35,852 nucleotides of DNA from Candidatus Methylomirabilota bacterium (GCA_035635755.1 DASQAK010000264.1:1-35852); one strand, 5' to 3'; counted from the first letter of the stretch, positions 1 to 8,823 are shown. The notes: generated by a model not told the origin, from the sequence alone. Translations and numbers: made by a program.

Positions 1-477
1 GACGGCGCGCGCGAGCACCGACTCGAGCACGGGCTGCCAGCGCTCGAAGAGCGCGCGATCCCCGCCCACGAAGAAGATGCCATCGCCCCGCTCGACCATG
101 CTGCTCGTGCCGCTGACGGGACAGTCGAGGAATCCGAGACCTCGGGCCGCCACCTCGCGGGCGAGACGCTCCGTCAGCGTCGGGGAGATGGTGCTCATCT
201 GGATGACCGCGAGGCCCGGGCGCGCGCCCGCGAGGATGCCGCCGGCCCCGAGGATAGCCGCCTCCGCGGTGGCGAGCGAGGGCAGGAGCGTGCAGACGGC
301 CTCGGCCGACTGAGCGACGGCGGCAGCCGAGGGAGCGGGCTTGCCGCCCATGGCGGCGAGGGCGGAGACGCGGTCCGGCAGCACGTCGAAGCCGATGACC
401 GCATGGCCCGCCTTGATCAGCCGCGAGGCGATGGCGTGGCCGAGAAGGCCGAGGCCGACTATGCCGATGGTGGACAT
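1..477 (-). CDS. NAD(P)-dependent oxidoreductase of the 3-hydroxyisobutyrate dehydrogenase (HIBADH/MmsB/GarR) family. N-terminal part only; the gene continues past the window start.
   Basis: Minus-strand translation from ATG (plus 475-477) reads MSTIGIVGLGLLGHAIASRLIKAGHAVIGFDVLPDRV... This is the Rossmann GxGxxG N-terminus typical of the HIBADH family. A purine-rich SD lies upstream. There is no stop before the window edge, so it is absent from the ORF track. Confidence 0.7.
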   Translation of the reverse strand, partial: MSTIGIVGLGLLGHAIASRLIKAGHAVIGFDVLPDRVSALAAMGGKPAPSAAAVAQSAEAVCTLLPSLATAEAAILGAGGILAGARPGLAVIQMSTISPTLTERLAREVAARGLGFLDCPVSGTSSMVERGDGIFFVGGDRALFERWQPVLESVLARAV

Positions 478-615
478 GATGCTCCCCCCTCTCTTTCCCT
501 GTCCGAGTGGCGCGGCTGACTGGGAGCGATAGCATACCCGGAGCCCCGATGCTAGTCTTGGGCGCCGACGGCAGGAGGCGGGGCACGATACCACCAGGAT
601 GGAGGAACGGCGACA

Positions 616-2087
616 TGGCGAAAGCGACGAAGCTTCGGTACCCGACGCGCTCATGGTCGAGCATGGCCTTGCTCTTAGCACTCCTGGCCGGCTCGGTCGG
701 ACACGGCTCCGCTCAGGCGCCACCCGCCCGGGAAGCGGAGCAGCGCGACATGCAGCTCCTCGGCCACGACGATCTCCAGGGCCGCTCCGCCTACCAGCCT
801 GTCATCCATCGCCAGGGCAGTCGCTGGATCGCCTATGTCGGCCATCACGGCGGGCTGAAATCGAATCCCCTCACCGGGCAGATGGAGCGGAGCGGCACCT
901 CCATCGTGGATGTGACCGATCCCCGTCGCCCGCGCTACCTGAGTCACATCCCGGGCTCCCCCGGCGAAGCGGAGGCGGGCGGGGCGCAGATGGTGCGCGT
1001 CTGCGACGGCGCGTCGCTGCCGCGAGGGACGCGCGGCAAGACCTATCTACTTCGCACGTTCGGCAATCTCGCCCACGAGGTGTGGGACGTCAGCGACTCC
1101 GCCAAGCCCGCACTCCTCACCACGGTGGTCGCGGGCCTCAACATGACCCACAAGAACTGGTGGGAGTGTGATAGCGGCATCGCCTACCTCGTCTCCGACG
1201 GCCACCCCCGCGGCTGGCGAACCCATCGCATGACGAAGATCTACGATCTCTCCGATCCCGCGCAGCCGCGCTTCATCCGCGACTTCGGGCTCGTGGGCCA
1301 GGAGCCGGGCTCCACGGGACCGGCGCCCGAAGGCGTCCACGGGCCCATCGTGTACAAGAACCGCGTCTACTTCGCCTATGGCACGGGCTCCGAGGGCGTG
1401 CTGCAGATCGTGGATCGCGACAAGCTGCTGGCCGGCGATCCCGGCGTGGCCGACCGCTTCGCTCCCACGCCCGCCAACCTGCTCTATCCGCAGATCGGCC
1501 GGCTCGACATGTCGCCGGCCTGGGGCGGGCACACGAGCTACCCCATCCTGGGCATGCCCGTCCCGGACTGGGCGGCGAATGCCAAGGGGCAGACGCGCGA
1601 CTTCCTGCTGCTCGTCTCGGAGTCGCTCCGCAACGAGTGCCAGGAGTTCCGTCAGCTCTCCTTCATGGTCGACATCACCACGGAGTCCAAGCCGTTCTCC
1701 GTCTCCACCATCCAGGTGCCGGCCTCCCCCGGCGACTTCTGCAGCCGCGGCGGGCGCTTCGGCCCCCACTCGAGCCACGAGTCGTTCACGCCGATCTACT
1801 ATGGCCGGCTCGTCTTCATCGCCTACTTCAACGCGGGCGTGCGCGCATTCGACATCCGCGATCCGTTCAACCCCAGGGAGGTCGCCTACTTCATCCCCGC
1901 CGTCACGGCGAAGACTGACAAGCGCTGCATCAAGGTCGATGGGGTCGACCGCTGCAAGGTGGCCATCCAGACCAACAACGTCGACCTGGACGATCGCGGG
2001 CTCGTTTATCTGGCCGATCGCGCGGACACGGGGCTGCACATCGTCGAGCTCACGGGCGCGGCTCGGGCGATCGCCCGCAAGCCGTAG
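616..2087 (+). CDS. Secreted beta-propeller protein with LVIVD-type repeats (cell-surface repeat protein).
   Basis: ORF 507..2087. ATG at 616 is preceded by GGAGGA and followed by a signal peptide (MAKATKLRYPTRSWSSMALLLALLAGSVGHGSAQA). Recurrent motifs such as SIVDVTDPRRP, KIYDLSDPAQP, VLQIVDRDKL and GLHIVELTG resemble LVIVD repeats. Confidence 0.6.
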
Positions 2088-2094
2088 CAGACTC

Positions 2095-2760
2095 ATGGGA
2101 CAGTTCGTCGATCTCTCGGTGACGGTGGACTCGAGCACCATGAGCCCGCCCTCGACCAACATGCGGCTCGAGGTGACGCCGCACCGTCGCGGCCCGGGCT
2201 TCTGGCAGGTCTCCAGCGTGCACCAGAGCCTCCACACGGGCGCGCACATCGACTCGCCCCTGCACGTCTTCAAGAACGGCATCACCACGGCGGAGATCAC
2301 CCTCGACCAGGTGATGGGCGAGGCTCTCGTGGTCGACCTGTCCTCGGTGGGCGCCAACCACGCGATCACCATCGACGATCTCAAGAAGGCCGGGGCGGGC
2401 GACGTGCAGCGCGGGGACATCGTGCTCTTGCGCACCGACTGGACGGACAAGATGTACGGGACGTGGCCCGACTACTTCACCCAGTCGCCGTACTTCCCGC
2501 CCGAGACCGCCCAGTGGCTCGTGGAGCGCGGCCCCAAGAACATCGGCTTCGACTTCTTCGAGGAGTACTGCGCGCGGCTGCCCGACTTCGGCTCGGAGGA
2601 CTTCGCCATGCATCGGGTCATCCTGGGCGCGGGCGTGGTCATCATGGAGGGGCTGACTAATCTCGGCGCGCTGCCCCGCCGCCGCGTGGACTTCGCCGCG
2701 CCCTTCTACAAGATCGCGGGCACCGAGGTCGCCCCCGCCCGCTTCTTCGCCACGGTGTAA
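2095..2760 (+). CDS. Cyclase-family protein (kynurenine formamidase-like, PF04199).
   Basis: MGQFVDLSV... carries the HxGTHxDxPxH signature (HTGAHIDSPLH). Begins 8 nt after the upstream stop. It is the 3' part of track ORF 1378..2760. Confidence 0.8.
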   Translation: MGQFVDLSVTVDSSTMSPPSTNMRLEVTPHRRGPGFWQVSSVHQSLHTGAHIDSPLHVFKNGITTAEITLDQVMGEALVVDLSSVGANHAITIDDLKKAGAGDVQRGDIVLLRTDWTDKMYGTWPDYFTQSPYFPPETAQWLVERGPKNIGFDFFEEYCARLPDFGSEDFAMHRVILGAGVVIMEGLTNLGALPRRRVDFAAPFYKIAGTEVAPARFFATV

Positions 2761-2764
2761 GCTC

Positions 2765-3823
2765 TCAGCGCGCCCCCGTCACGTCGACACGGACGCGCGC
2801 GGGCGAGTCCTGCGTCACCGCGATGGTGACGTCGAGGAACTGCCGGATCACCTCGATATTGGTGGCGCTGTGGCTGGAAAGCGGCAGGGTGTGGAAGCTG
2901 CCCCCGCCCGCCAGGCTCAACGGCACGAGGAGCTGGTCGGCCAGATAGGCGCCCACGGGCACTTGGGCCGCCATGTACTCGCGCGCTTCCTTGACGACGC
3001 GCTCGGCCACGGCCTCCGCGCGGACGTCGACCTCTCCGAATCCCGTGAAGAGCTCGGTCACGTGCTCGCTCTCGATCTCGATGATGATGACATTCCCCGG
3101 TCCCGGGGACGCCTGCGGCAAGTCTGACTCTTCCGGATCCTCCGCCTTGAGCACGAGGACCTCGACTTCTTCCGGCGTCCAGCCCATCCTCCGGAGCACC
3201 ACCTTGATCTCGCGGTGGCCAATGTTGCCGGGGAGATTCGCCACGACGGCCTGGGCCCGGCGGCGCTTCGTCTCGCCTCGGTCGAGCAGATTCAGGGCCT
3301 CGAGGCGCCGGCACGGCGTGATCTTCACCTGGAACCTTCCGCCGCCCGCCGGATAGAATCCGTAGCGCTCCAGCTCGGCGTGCACGGGTGCGCCCATCCG
3401 CTCGAGCAGGGGCAGGAAAGCCCGAGCGAGAAAATCGAAGGGGGGCGCCCACGGATTGTGCGTCCCCCCCTCGAGGACGAGGGTGGATGAAGCACTCGCG
3501 GTCAGGAGCGGGGGCAGTATGGTCTGCAGCACGAGACTGGCGCTTCCCGCCGTTCCCACCGCGAACCGATAGGCGCCCGGGCGCACCGAGCGCGGACGGA
3601 ACACGACCTCCTGCGAGCCCAGCTCGGCGCCGTCGACGAGCGCGTTGCCTACCTCGGTGGCGGCGTTCACCGCCGTCAGGTGCTGACGGAGAAGCCCCGG
3701 CTTGGCCCGTCCCGCCCGGACCTTCTCCATGCGAAAGGGCGTTTCCGTGACGAGCGAGAGGGCGAGGGCGCTGCGGAGGATCTGCCCGCCGCCCTCGCCC
3801 CGCGATCCGTCGATCAGCAGCAT
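2765..3823 (-). CDS. rtcA: RNA 3'-terminal phosphate cyclase RtcA.
   Basis: 352 aa. N-terminus MLLIDGSRGEGGGQILRSALALS matches the RtcA hallmark (E. coli ALDGAQGEGGGQILRSAL). AAGGGG SD upstream. Starts 5 nt after the rtcB stop. Confidence 0.9.
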   Translation of the reverse strand: MLLIDGSRGEGGGQILRSALALSLVTETPFRMEKVRAGRAKPGLLRQHLTAVNAATEVGNALVDGAELGSQEVVFRPRSVRPGAYRFAVGTAGSASLVLQTILPPLLTASASSTLVLEGGTHNPWAPPFDFLARAFLPLLERMGAPVHAELERYGFYPAGGGRFQVKITPCRRLEALNLLDRGETKRRRAQAVVANLPGNIGHREIKVVLRRMGWTPEEVEVLVLKAEDPEESDLPQASPGPGNVIIIEIESEHVTELFTGFGEVDVRAEAVAERVVKEAREYMAAQVPVGAYLADQLLVPLSLAGGGSFHTLPLSSHSATNIEVIRQFLDVTIAVTQDSPARVRVDVTGAR

Positions 3824-3827
3824 GGCG

Positions 3828-5054
3828 TTACCCCTTGACGCAGACGACCTGACGAAGCGTGTGCACGATCTCCACGAGGTCCTTCTGTGCCTCCATCACC
3901 GCGTCGATGGACTTGTAGGCTCCCGGCGTTTCGTCGATGACATCCGGATCCTTCCGGCACTCGATGCCCGCCGTCGCCTCCACGTGATCGGCCACCGAGA
4001 AGCGTCGCCTGGCCTCGGTGCGCGACATGGCCCGCCCCGCCCCGTGGCTGCAGCTGTGGAAGCTTTCCGGGTTGCCCTTCCCGCGCACGATGTACGACCG
4101 CGCCCCCATGCTGCCCGGAACGATCCCGAGATCGCCCTCGCGGGCTCTCACCGCCCCCTTGCGCGTGAGGAGCACGTTCTTGCCGTAGTGAAACTCCCGC
4201 GCCACGTAGTTGTGGTGGCAGTTCACGGCCTCCACGCCCGCCGCGAAGGGCGGAAGGCCGGGCACGGAGCCCACGGCGGCCACGATGGCGCTCATCATCA
4301 GGCGGCGGTTGGTCATGGCGAAGCTCTGGGCCCACTCCACCGCCTCCACGTACTCCTTGAAGTGGTCGGTCCCCTCCGGCAGATATGCCAAGTCCTCGTC
4401 CGGCAGGTTGATCATCCACTTGCGCATGTCCTTCTTCGCCAGCTCGATGAAGTAGCTGCCGATCTTGTTTCCCACACCGCGCGACCCGCTGTGCAGGAGG
4501 AACCACACGCGCTCGCCCTCGTCGAGACAGACCTCGATGAAGTGATTGCCCGTGCCGAGGGTGCCCAGGTGGGTCTGATGGTTCGAGTGCCCCACCGCGG
4601 CGTGCTTGGCCACGATGGCGTCGAAGCGGGGCTTCAATCCGCTCCAGGCCTCCACGGCCGGCGGGGGCGGCGTGTGCCACGAGCCCTTGTCGCGGCCCCG
4701 GGGCGTACGGCCGTGCGGCACCGCGGCTTCGATGGCGGAGCGCACCCCGCGCAGGCTCTCGGGCAGATCGCTCGCCGTCAGGGTCGTCTGCATCGCCATC
4801 ATGCCGCAGCCGATGTCCACGCCCACCGCGGCCGGGATGATGGCGCCCACCGTGGGGATGACGCTGCCCACGGTGGCCCCGATGCCCCAATGCACATCGG
4901 GCATGGCCGCCACCCACTGATGGATGAACGGCATGCGCGCGACGTTGGCGAGCTGCTTGGCCGCGGCCTCCTCGATGGGGACGCCGCGCGTCCAGGCCTT
5001 GATGGGGACGCCGCCCTCGGGGTGAATCACGTCGTACGAGCGCTCACTGGACAT
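3828..5054 (-). CDS. rtcB: RNA-splicing ligase RtcB (3'-phosphate/5'-OH RNA ligase).
   Basis: MSSERSYDV...MPFIHQWVAAMPDVHWGIGATVGSVIPT...GVDIGCGM matches RtcB family signatures. GAGGGAGA SD precedes the internal ATG at 5054. Track ORF 3828..5069. Confidence 0.9.
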   Translation of the reverse strand: MSSERSYDVIHPEGGVPIKAWTRGVPIEEAAAKQLANVARMPFIHQWVAAMPDVHWGIGATVGSVIPTVGAIIPAAVGVDIGCGMMAMQTTLTASDLPESLRGVRSAIEAAVPHGRTPRGRDKGSWHTPPPPAVEAWSGLKPRFDAIVAKHAAVGHSNHQTHLGTLGTGNHFIEVCLDEGERVWFLLHSGSRGVGNKIGSYFIELAKKDMRKWMINLPDEDLAYLPEGTDHFKEYVEAVEWAQSFAMTNRRLMMSAIVAAVGSVPGLPPFAAGVEAVNCHHNYVAREFHYGKNVLLTRKGAVRAREGDLGIVPGSMGARSYIVRGKGNPESFHSCSHGAGRAMSRTEARRRFSVADHVEATAGIECRKDPDVIDETPGAYKSIDAVMEAQKDLVEIVHTLRQVVCVKG

Positions 5055-5859
5055 GGTCGTCTCCCTCAATGTGAGTCGGCTCCGGGCCGGCCGGCTCCCC
5101 TCGACGCCCTTGCGATTCGCGGTCGAGGGGCAGCACCGAGCCCGGCAGGCCGAGCACGATCGTATTCTTTCCGTTGGCGACCGCCTGCAGCGTCTTCATG
5201 GTCAGGAGCGCCGGATTCCCCTCGAGCATGCGGGCCGCGTTCGCGAGCTGGCGAAGCGAGGCCGTTTCCCCGCGCGCGCGCTCGAGCGCCGCCTCCGATG
5301 CCTTCCGGGCTTCCACGACCTGGGCGAAGATCTGCTTGAGCGGAGTCGGGAACGTCACGTCCTTGATCCCCACGGTTTCCAGCTCGAGCCCGAGGACGGC
5401 CGCCTTGGCCTCGAGTCCCGCGCGCAGCTGGGCGGCCAGCTCGCCCCGTCGCTCCAGCAGGGTCTCCACGGCCACCGTGGACACGAGGTCGCGCAGTACG
5501 AGCTGCGCCTCCAGGTACAGCGTGTCCGCGAACGACTGCACCAGCTCCGTCGCCACCTCGGGACGGACGACCCGGTAGCGCAGGGCGAGAGTGATCCGCA
5601 GGGCGACGTTGTCGGCCGACAGGATCTCCTGGCCCGCCACCACCGCGAGCCGCGAGCGGACATCGACGATCTGCACGGCGGCGAAGGGCCGCCACATCCA
5701 GTGCAGCCCCGCGTCGAGCGTCCGGGACAGCCGGCCCGCGCGATAGAGAAGCCCCTTCTGGTAATCGTAGATCACGATCCTGAGGATCACGAAGCGGTTC
5801 AGCACCAGGATCATGGGCACGCCTACGGCCACGATCGCCAGCATGTCGGTCAGTGTCAT
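5044..5859 (-). CDS. SPFH/band-7 (stomatin/prohibitin-like) membrane protein; first gene of the rtcBA operon.
   Basis: N-terminal TM helix (MTLTDMLAIVAVGVPMILVL) followed by an SPFH-like core and a coiled-coil tail. AGGAGA SD 6 nt upstream of ATG at 5859. Its 3' end overlaps the rtcB start by 11 nt. Confidence 0.75.
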   Translation of the reverse strand: MTLTDMLAIVAVGVPMILVLNRFVILRIVIYDYQKGLLYRAGRLSRTLDAGLHWMWRPFAAVQIVDVRSRLAVVAGQEILSADNVALRITLALRYRVVRPEVATELVQSFADTLYLEAQLVLRDLVSTVAVETLLERRGELAAQLRAGLEAKAAVLGLELETVGIKDVTFPTPLKQIFAQVVEARKASEAALERARGETASLRQLANAARMLEGNPALLTMKTLQAVANGKNTIVLGLPGSVLPLDRESQGRRGEPAGPEPTHIEGDDHVQ

Positions 5860-5974
5860 TGCGCATCTCCTCATTTGTAAGGACCCCTGCCCGACGGGCC
5901 CGCCTCTGGCGGGGAGATCGAAGATCTCCTCAAGGCCAGGGCAGCGGAGAGGCTTGCGCCTCCGATGCCCGCGG

Positions 5975-6150
5975 GGCAGGGGGATCGGGGATTCGAACCC
6001 CTTTTACGGAGGCGGCCGGGCCGAGCGTGGAACGTCGCCCGGACGAATCGCCGGACTCGCCACCGAGCCCGACCGCTGATTGCCCATGTTCCTTCCAGGG
6101 GGGTCACGGCCCCGCTTCGCCGTGACCCCCCACGCTCCTTGCCGACTAGG
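5975..6150 (-). ncRNA. Highly structured 5' leader of the sigma54-driven SPFH-rtcB-rtcA transcript, containing a tRNA T-arm mimic (GGGG-UUCGAAU-CCCC). Possible tRNA-like or Y-RNA-like regulatory RNA module.
   Basis: Minus-strand RNA carries a perfect 12-bp GC hairpin (6089-6122), a canonical T-stem-loop GGGGUUCGAAUCCCC (5987-6001) and a GGAGAUC-UUCG-GAUCUCC tetraloop hairpin (5923-5939). It sits between the predicted sigma54 promoter and the first CDS. Confidence 0.3.
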
Positions 6151-6159
6151 CATCCATAG

Positions 6160-6176
6160 AGCACGAGCCGTGCCTC
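6160..6176 (-). promoter_or_regulatory. Candidate sigma54 (-24/-12) promoter of the rtc operon.
   Basis: Minus-strand AGGCACGGCTCGTGCT versus consensus TGGCACG-N4-TTGCW. GG and GC have the correct 12-nt register. It lies between rtcR and the operon and is oriented toward SPFH-rtcBA. Confidence 0.5.
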
Positions 6177-6223
6177 CTGACCGTACCTGGAGGGTCGACT
6201 GGAACACTTTGGAAAGTAAGGAA

Positions 6224-6285
6224 TTGAGCTAGCTACCGGCTTCCTCTAGGTCCAGATCCTAGATGAGAAGCTAATGAGCTAGCGG
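6224..6285. promoter_or_regulatory. AT-rich divergent control region with repeated palindromic TGAGCTAGC boxes (candidate RtcR upstream activating sites) and the rtcR promoter.
   Basis: Two copies of TGAGCTAGC (6225-6233, 6275-6283) lie 50 bp apart. They contain the AGCTAGCT/GCTAGC palindromes. CTAGG-N7-CCTAG lies between them. Local GC is ~50% versus ~70% background. Confidence 0.3.
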
Positions 6286-6297
6286 ATAATATCGGGC

Positions 6298-7884
6298 ATG
6301 CGAACGGTGGTGATCGGATTCCTTGGAACGACTCTCGACCGCGGTGGCCAGAACCGCTGGGATCCGTGGCGACCCTCGGTGGATCTGTGCCGTCACGAGG
6401 ACCTGGTGGTCGGGCGCTTCGAACTGCTGAGCCAGGTCCGGTCCCGGGGGCTCGCCAACGAAGTCACCGCCGACATCCTGTCGGTCTCGCCGGAGACCGA
6501 GGTTCGAACCCACGACCTCGAATTCAGGGACCCCTGGGACTTCGAGGAAGTGTACGGGGCGCTCCTCGATTTCGCCCGGGCCTATCCCTTCAAACCGGAC
6601 GAAGAGAGCCACCTCGTCCACATGACCACGGGCACGCATGTCGCGCAGATCTGTCTCTTCCTGCTTGCCGAGTCACGAGAAATTCCCGGGCGGCTCATCC
6701 AGACGTCTCCGCCCCCCCGGCGCCGCGGCGTGGAGCCGGGCACGTACGCGATCATCGACCTCGACCTGTCCAAGTACGACCGGCTGGCCTCGCGATTCCA
6801 GGCGCGGCATCGCGAGGACCTCTCGTATCTCAAGTCCGGCATCGACACTCGCAACGCCGGGTTCAACAGGCTCATCGAGCGGATCGAGCAGGTGGCCATC
6901 GCCTCACAGTCGCCCCTGCTCCTCATGGGCCCGACGGGCGCGGGCAAGGCGCAGCTCGCGCGACGGATCTACGAGCTGAGGAAGGCCCGCCGCCAGGTGG
7001 AAGGCGCCTTCGTTGAGGTCAACTGCGCCACCTTGCGCGGGGATGCCGCGATGTCCGCCCTCTTCGGGCACGTCAAGGGCGCGTTCACGGGCGCCCTGCA
7101 GCCTCGCCCCGGTCTCTTGCGCACCGCCGATAAGGGCATCCTCTTCCTGGAAGAGATCGCAGAGCTGGGCTCCGACGAGCAGGCCATGCTCCTGCACGCG
7201 CTGGAGGAGAAGCGATTCCTGCCCATGGGCACGGACCGCGAGGTGCACAGCGACTTTCAGCTGATCGCAGGAACGAACCGGGATCTGGGCGAGGCCGTCC
7301 GGGCTGGCCGTTTTCGTGACGACCTGTTCTCCCGCATCAACCTGTGGACGTTTCGCCTGCCCGGCTTGCAGGAGCGCGTCGAGGACCTCGAGCCGAATCT
7401 CGAGTACGAGCTCGACCAGTGGGCCGTCCAGCAGGGCCGCCGCATCACCTTCAACAAGGAGGCCCGCGAGGCCTTCCTGCGCTTCGCGACCTCGCCCGAC
7501 GCTCTGTGGACGGCGAACTTCCGCGACTTCAACGCGGCCATCGTGCGGATGGCGACGCTGGCCGCGGGCGGGCGCATCACCACCGAGATCGTGCGGGACG
7601 AGATCGCCCGGCTCAAGGCTCTCTGGGAACCCGCGAGCGCCGGGACGACCGATGACGCGCTGAGCCGCTTCGTCGATGCCGCCAAGCTGGCGGAGCTCGA
7701 TCACTTCGACAGGGTCCAGCTCGCCGAGGTCCTGCGCGTGTGCGCGCGGTCGCGAAGCCTTTCCGATGCCGGTCGTGCCCTCTTCTCCGTGTCCCGGCAC
7801 CGCCGCTCGACCACCAACGACGCCGACCGGCTGCGCAAGTATCTGGCCCGGTTCGGGCTGGCCTGGCAGGATACTCAAGCCTGA
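6298..7884 (+). CDS. rtcR: Sigma54-dependent transcriptional activator RtcR (CARF-like N-domain + AAA+ with GAFTGA + C-terminal HTH region).
   Basis: 528 aa. Walker A GPTGAGKAQLARRIY. GAFTGA motif (GHVKGAFTGALQ). N-terminus MRTVVIGFLGTTLDRGGQNRWDPWRP resembles E. coli RtcR. Divergent from rtcBA. Confidence 0.9.
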   Translation: MRTVVIGFLGTTLDRGGQNRWDPWRPSVDLCRHEDLVVGRFELLSQVRSRGLANEVTADILSVSPETEVRTHDLEFRDPWDFEEVYGALLDFARAYPFKPDEESHLVHMTTGTHVAQICLFLLAESREIPGRLIQTSPPPRRRGVEPGTYAIIDLDLSKYDRLASRFQARHREDLSYLKSGIDTRNAGFNRLIERIEQVAIASQSPLLLMGPTGAGKAQLARRIYELRKARRQVEGAFVEVNCATLRGDAAMSALFGHVKGAFTGALQPRPGLLRTADKGILFLEEIAELGSDEQAMLLHALEEKRFLPMGTDREVHSDFQLIAGTNRDLGEAVRAGRFRDDLFSRINLWTFRLPGLQERVEDLEPNLEYELDQWAVQQGRRITFNKEAREAFLRFATSPDALWTANFRDFNAAIVRMATLAAGGRITTEIVRDEIARLKALWEPASAGTTDDALSRFVDAAKLAELDHFDRVQLAEVLRVCARSRSLSDAGRALFSVSRHRRSTTNDADRLRKYLARFGLAWQDTQA

Positions 7885-7885
7885 G

Positions 7886-8308
7886 CTACAGGAAGGCTCT
7901 CTCCAGTGAAGTCACGAACTGAACGCCCGGAACAATCTTCTGACTCAGACGTTCGTCGTTCGTGATGAAGAGATCAACTCGGGCTTGGGAGGCACAGGCG
8001 AGCTGGATGGCGTCAGGCGGGCGGATGGCACGATCAATTCGGATCGCCGCGTAGACCCCTGCTGCGGATCGATCGAACGGAACAATCGTTGCACCGGTGA
8101 CGATGGCCTGCTCGTATGTCTCACGGAGTGTGTCATCTTGCATCTCGATCGGTCTAACGAGTACCTCCCCCAGTGTCAGGGTCGAGGTATAGAGTTGGTC
8201 TCCACGGACGAGCATGCGCTCGCGAAGCCGCGTCACGCGGTCTGCACGTTCTCCTGAGCCCTCGATGAGATAGATGAAGAGGTTTGTATCCCAGAAGACG
8301 CGGCTCAT
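7886..8308 (-). CDS. PIN-domain ribonuclease toxin (VapC-like).
   Basis: 140 aa. Conserved acidic residues in VFWDTN, GEV, PPDAIQ and FITND contexts. ATGA start/stop overlap with the upstream gene. Locus GC ~50%. Confidence 0.85.
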   Translation of the reverse strand: MSRVFWDTNLFIYLIEGSGERADRVTRLRERMLVRGDQLYTSTLTLGEVLVRPIEMQDDTLRETYEQAIVTGATIVPFDRSAAGVYAAIRIDRAIRPPDAIQLACASQARVDLFITNDERLSQKIVPGVQFVTSLERAFL

Positions 8309-8799
8309 ACCCAGCGTTCCCGGAGGCGGAGCACATAGTCGTCCGGATCTTCACCGGCCCAGATGTGCTTCCCCACGCCTCGCAACTGCAAAATCGGGTC
8401 GGCCGTTCCATGCTCCGTCGCCTCCGGGGCGTACTCGGAGCGGTACCAGTCGAGGAGGTGCCGGTACTCCCTTGGCAGATCTTCGATCTCGGGAACAATC
8501 TTGGCGCCGCGACGGTCCGGGTGATAGGGATCGCCTGGGCGGAAGAGTCGCCTCGTCTTGCCGATCGCGTACAGCATGCGATACCGGCCCGGGTCCGGTG
8601 GCTTGTTCGCCACGCAGTGTTGCACCGCATGCTGATAGACCGCAGGTCTAACCTTGTCGGGGGCCGCCTCCTCTGCCGCGCGCCTCAGGATCTCCCTTGG
8701 AGTGAAGGTAGTGCGCTCGGGATGCTCTCGATGGAGAAGCGCCGTTGCGACCCAGACCTCGTCTGCGGCTTTCATGCTGGTCTTGCGTAGCCCTTTCAC
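8305..8799 (-). CDS. Hypothetical 164-aa protein translationally coupled upstream of the PIN toxin; putative atypical antitoxin or partner.
   Basis: Track ORF 8305..8805. GGAGG sits 5 nt before the GTG at 8799. It overlaps the VapC start by 4 nt. No recognisable RHH/AbrB/Phd motif could be seen by eye. Confidence 0.5.
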   Translation of the reverse strand: MKGLRKTSMKAADEVWVATALLHREHPERTTFTPREILRRAAEEAAPDKVRPAVYQHAVQHCVANKPPDPGRYRMLYAIGKTRRLFRPGDPYHPDRRGAKIVPEIEDLPREYRHLLDWYRSEYAPEATEHGTADPILQLRGVGKHIWAGEDPDDYVLRLRERWV

Positions 8800-8823
8800 T
8801 AGCACCTCCCTGTCTAATAAGAT

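Noticed and set aside
507-615. N-terminal 36-codon extension of the LVIVD protein ORF (MARLTGSDSIPGAPML...).
   Set aside because: The internal ATG at 616 has a GGAGGA SD and is followed directly by a signal peptide. The upstream extension has neither.
1047-2450. 467-aa minus-strand ORF, plus ORFs 599..1171(+), 675..947(-) and 1637..1918(+).
   Set aside because: They overlap the well-supported LVIVD and cyclase genes on the plus strand. There is no recognisable domain and the composition matches antisense translation.
3702-5339. 545-aa plus-strand ORF, plus related ORFs 3814..4917(-) and 4606..4920(+).
   Set aside because: Antisense or alternative frame of rtcB, whose minus-strand frame has clear RtcB family motifs. 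The product is Arg/Gly/His/Pro-rich low-complexity, typical of high-GC spurious ORFs.
5987-6001. Possible bona fide tRNA gene at the GGGGTTCGAATCCCC motif.
   Set aside because: No matching 7-bp acceptor stem, D-arm or anticodon arm could be assembled around the T-arm, and the 3' end is GCC rather than CCA context. It is treated as a tRNA-like motif within a leader RNA, not a tRNA gene.
6089-6122. Intrinsic terminator interpretation of the 12-bp GC hairpin.
   Set aside because: It lies downstream of the predicted sigma54 start within the operon leader and has no U-tract. It is more likely a 5' stabilising or processing structure, or part of the regulatory RNA.
6904-7878. 324-aa minus-strand ORF and other small ORFs inside rtcR.
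   Set aside because: Antisense to rtcR, which carries Walker A and GAFTGA motifs in the plus frame.
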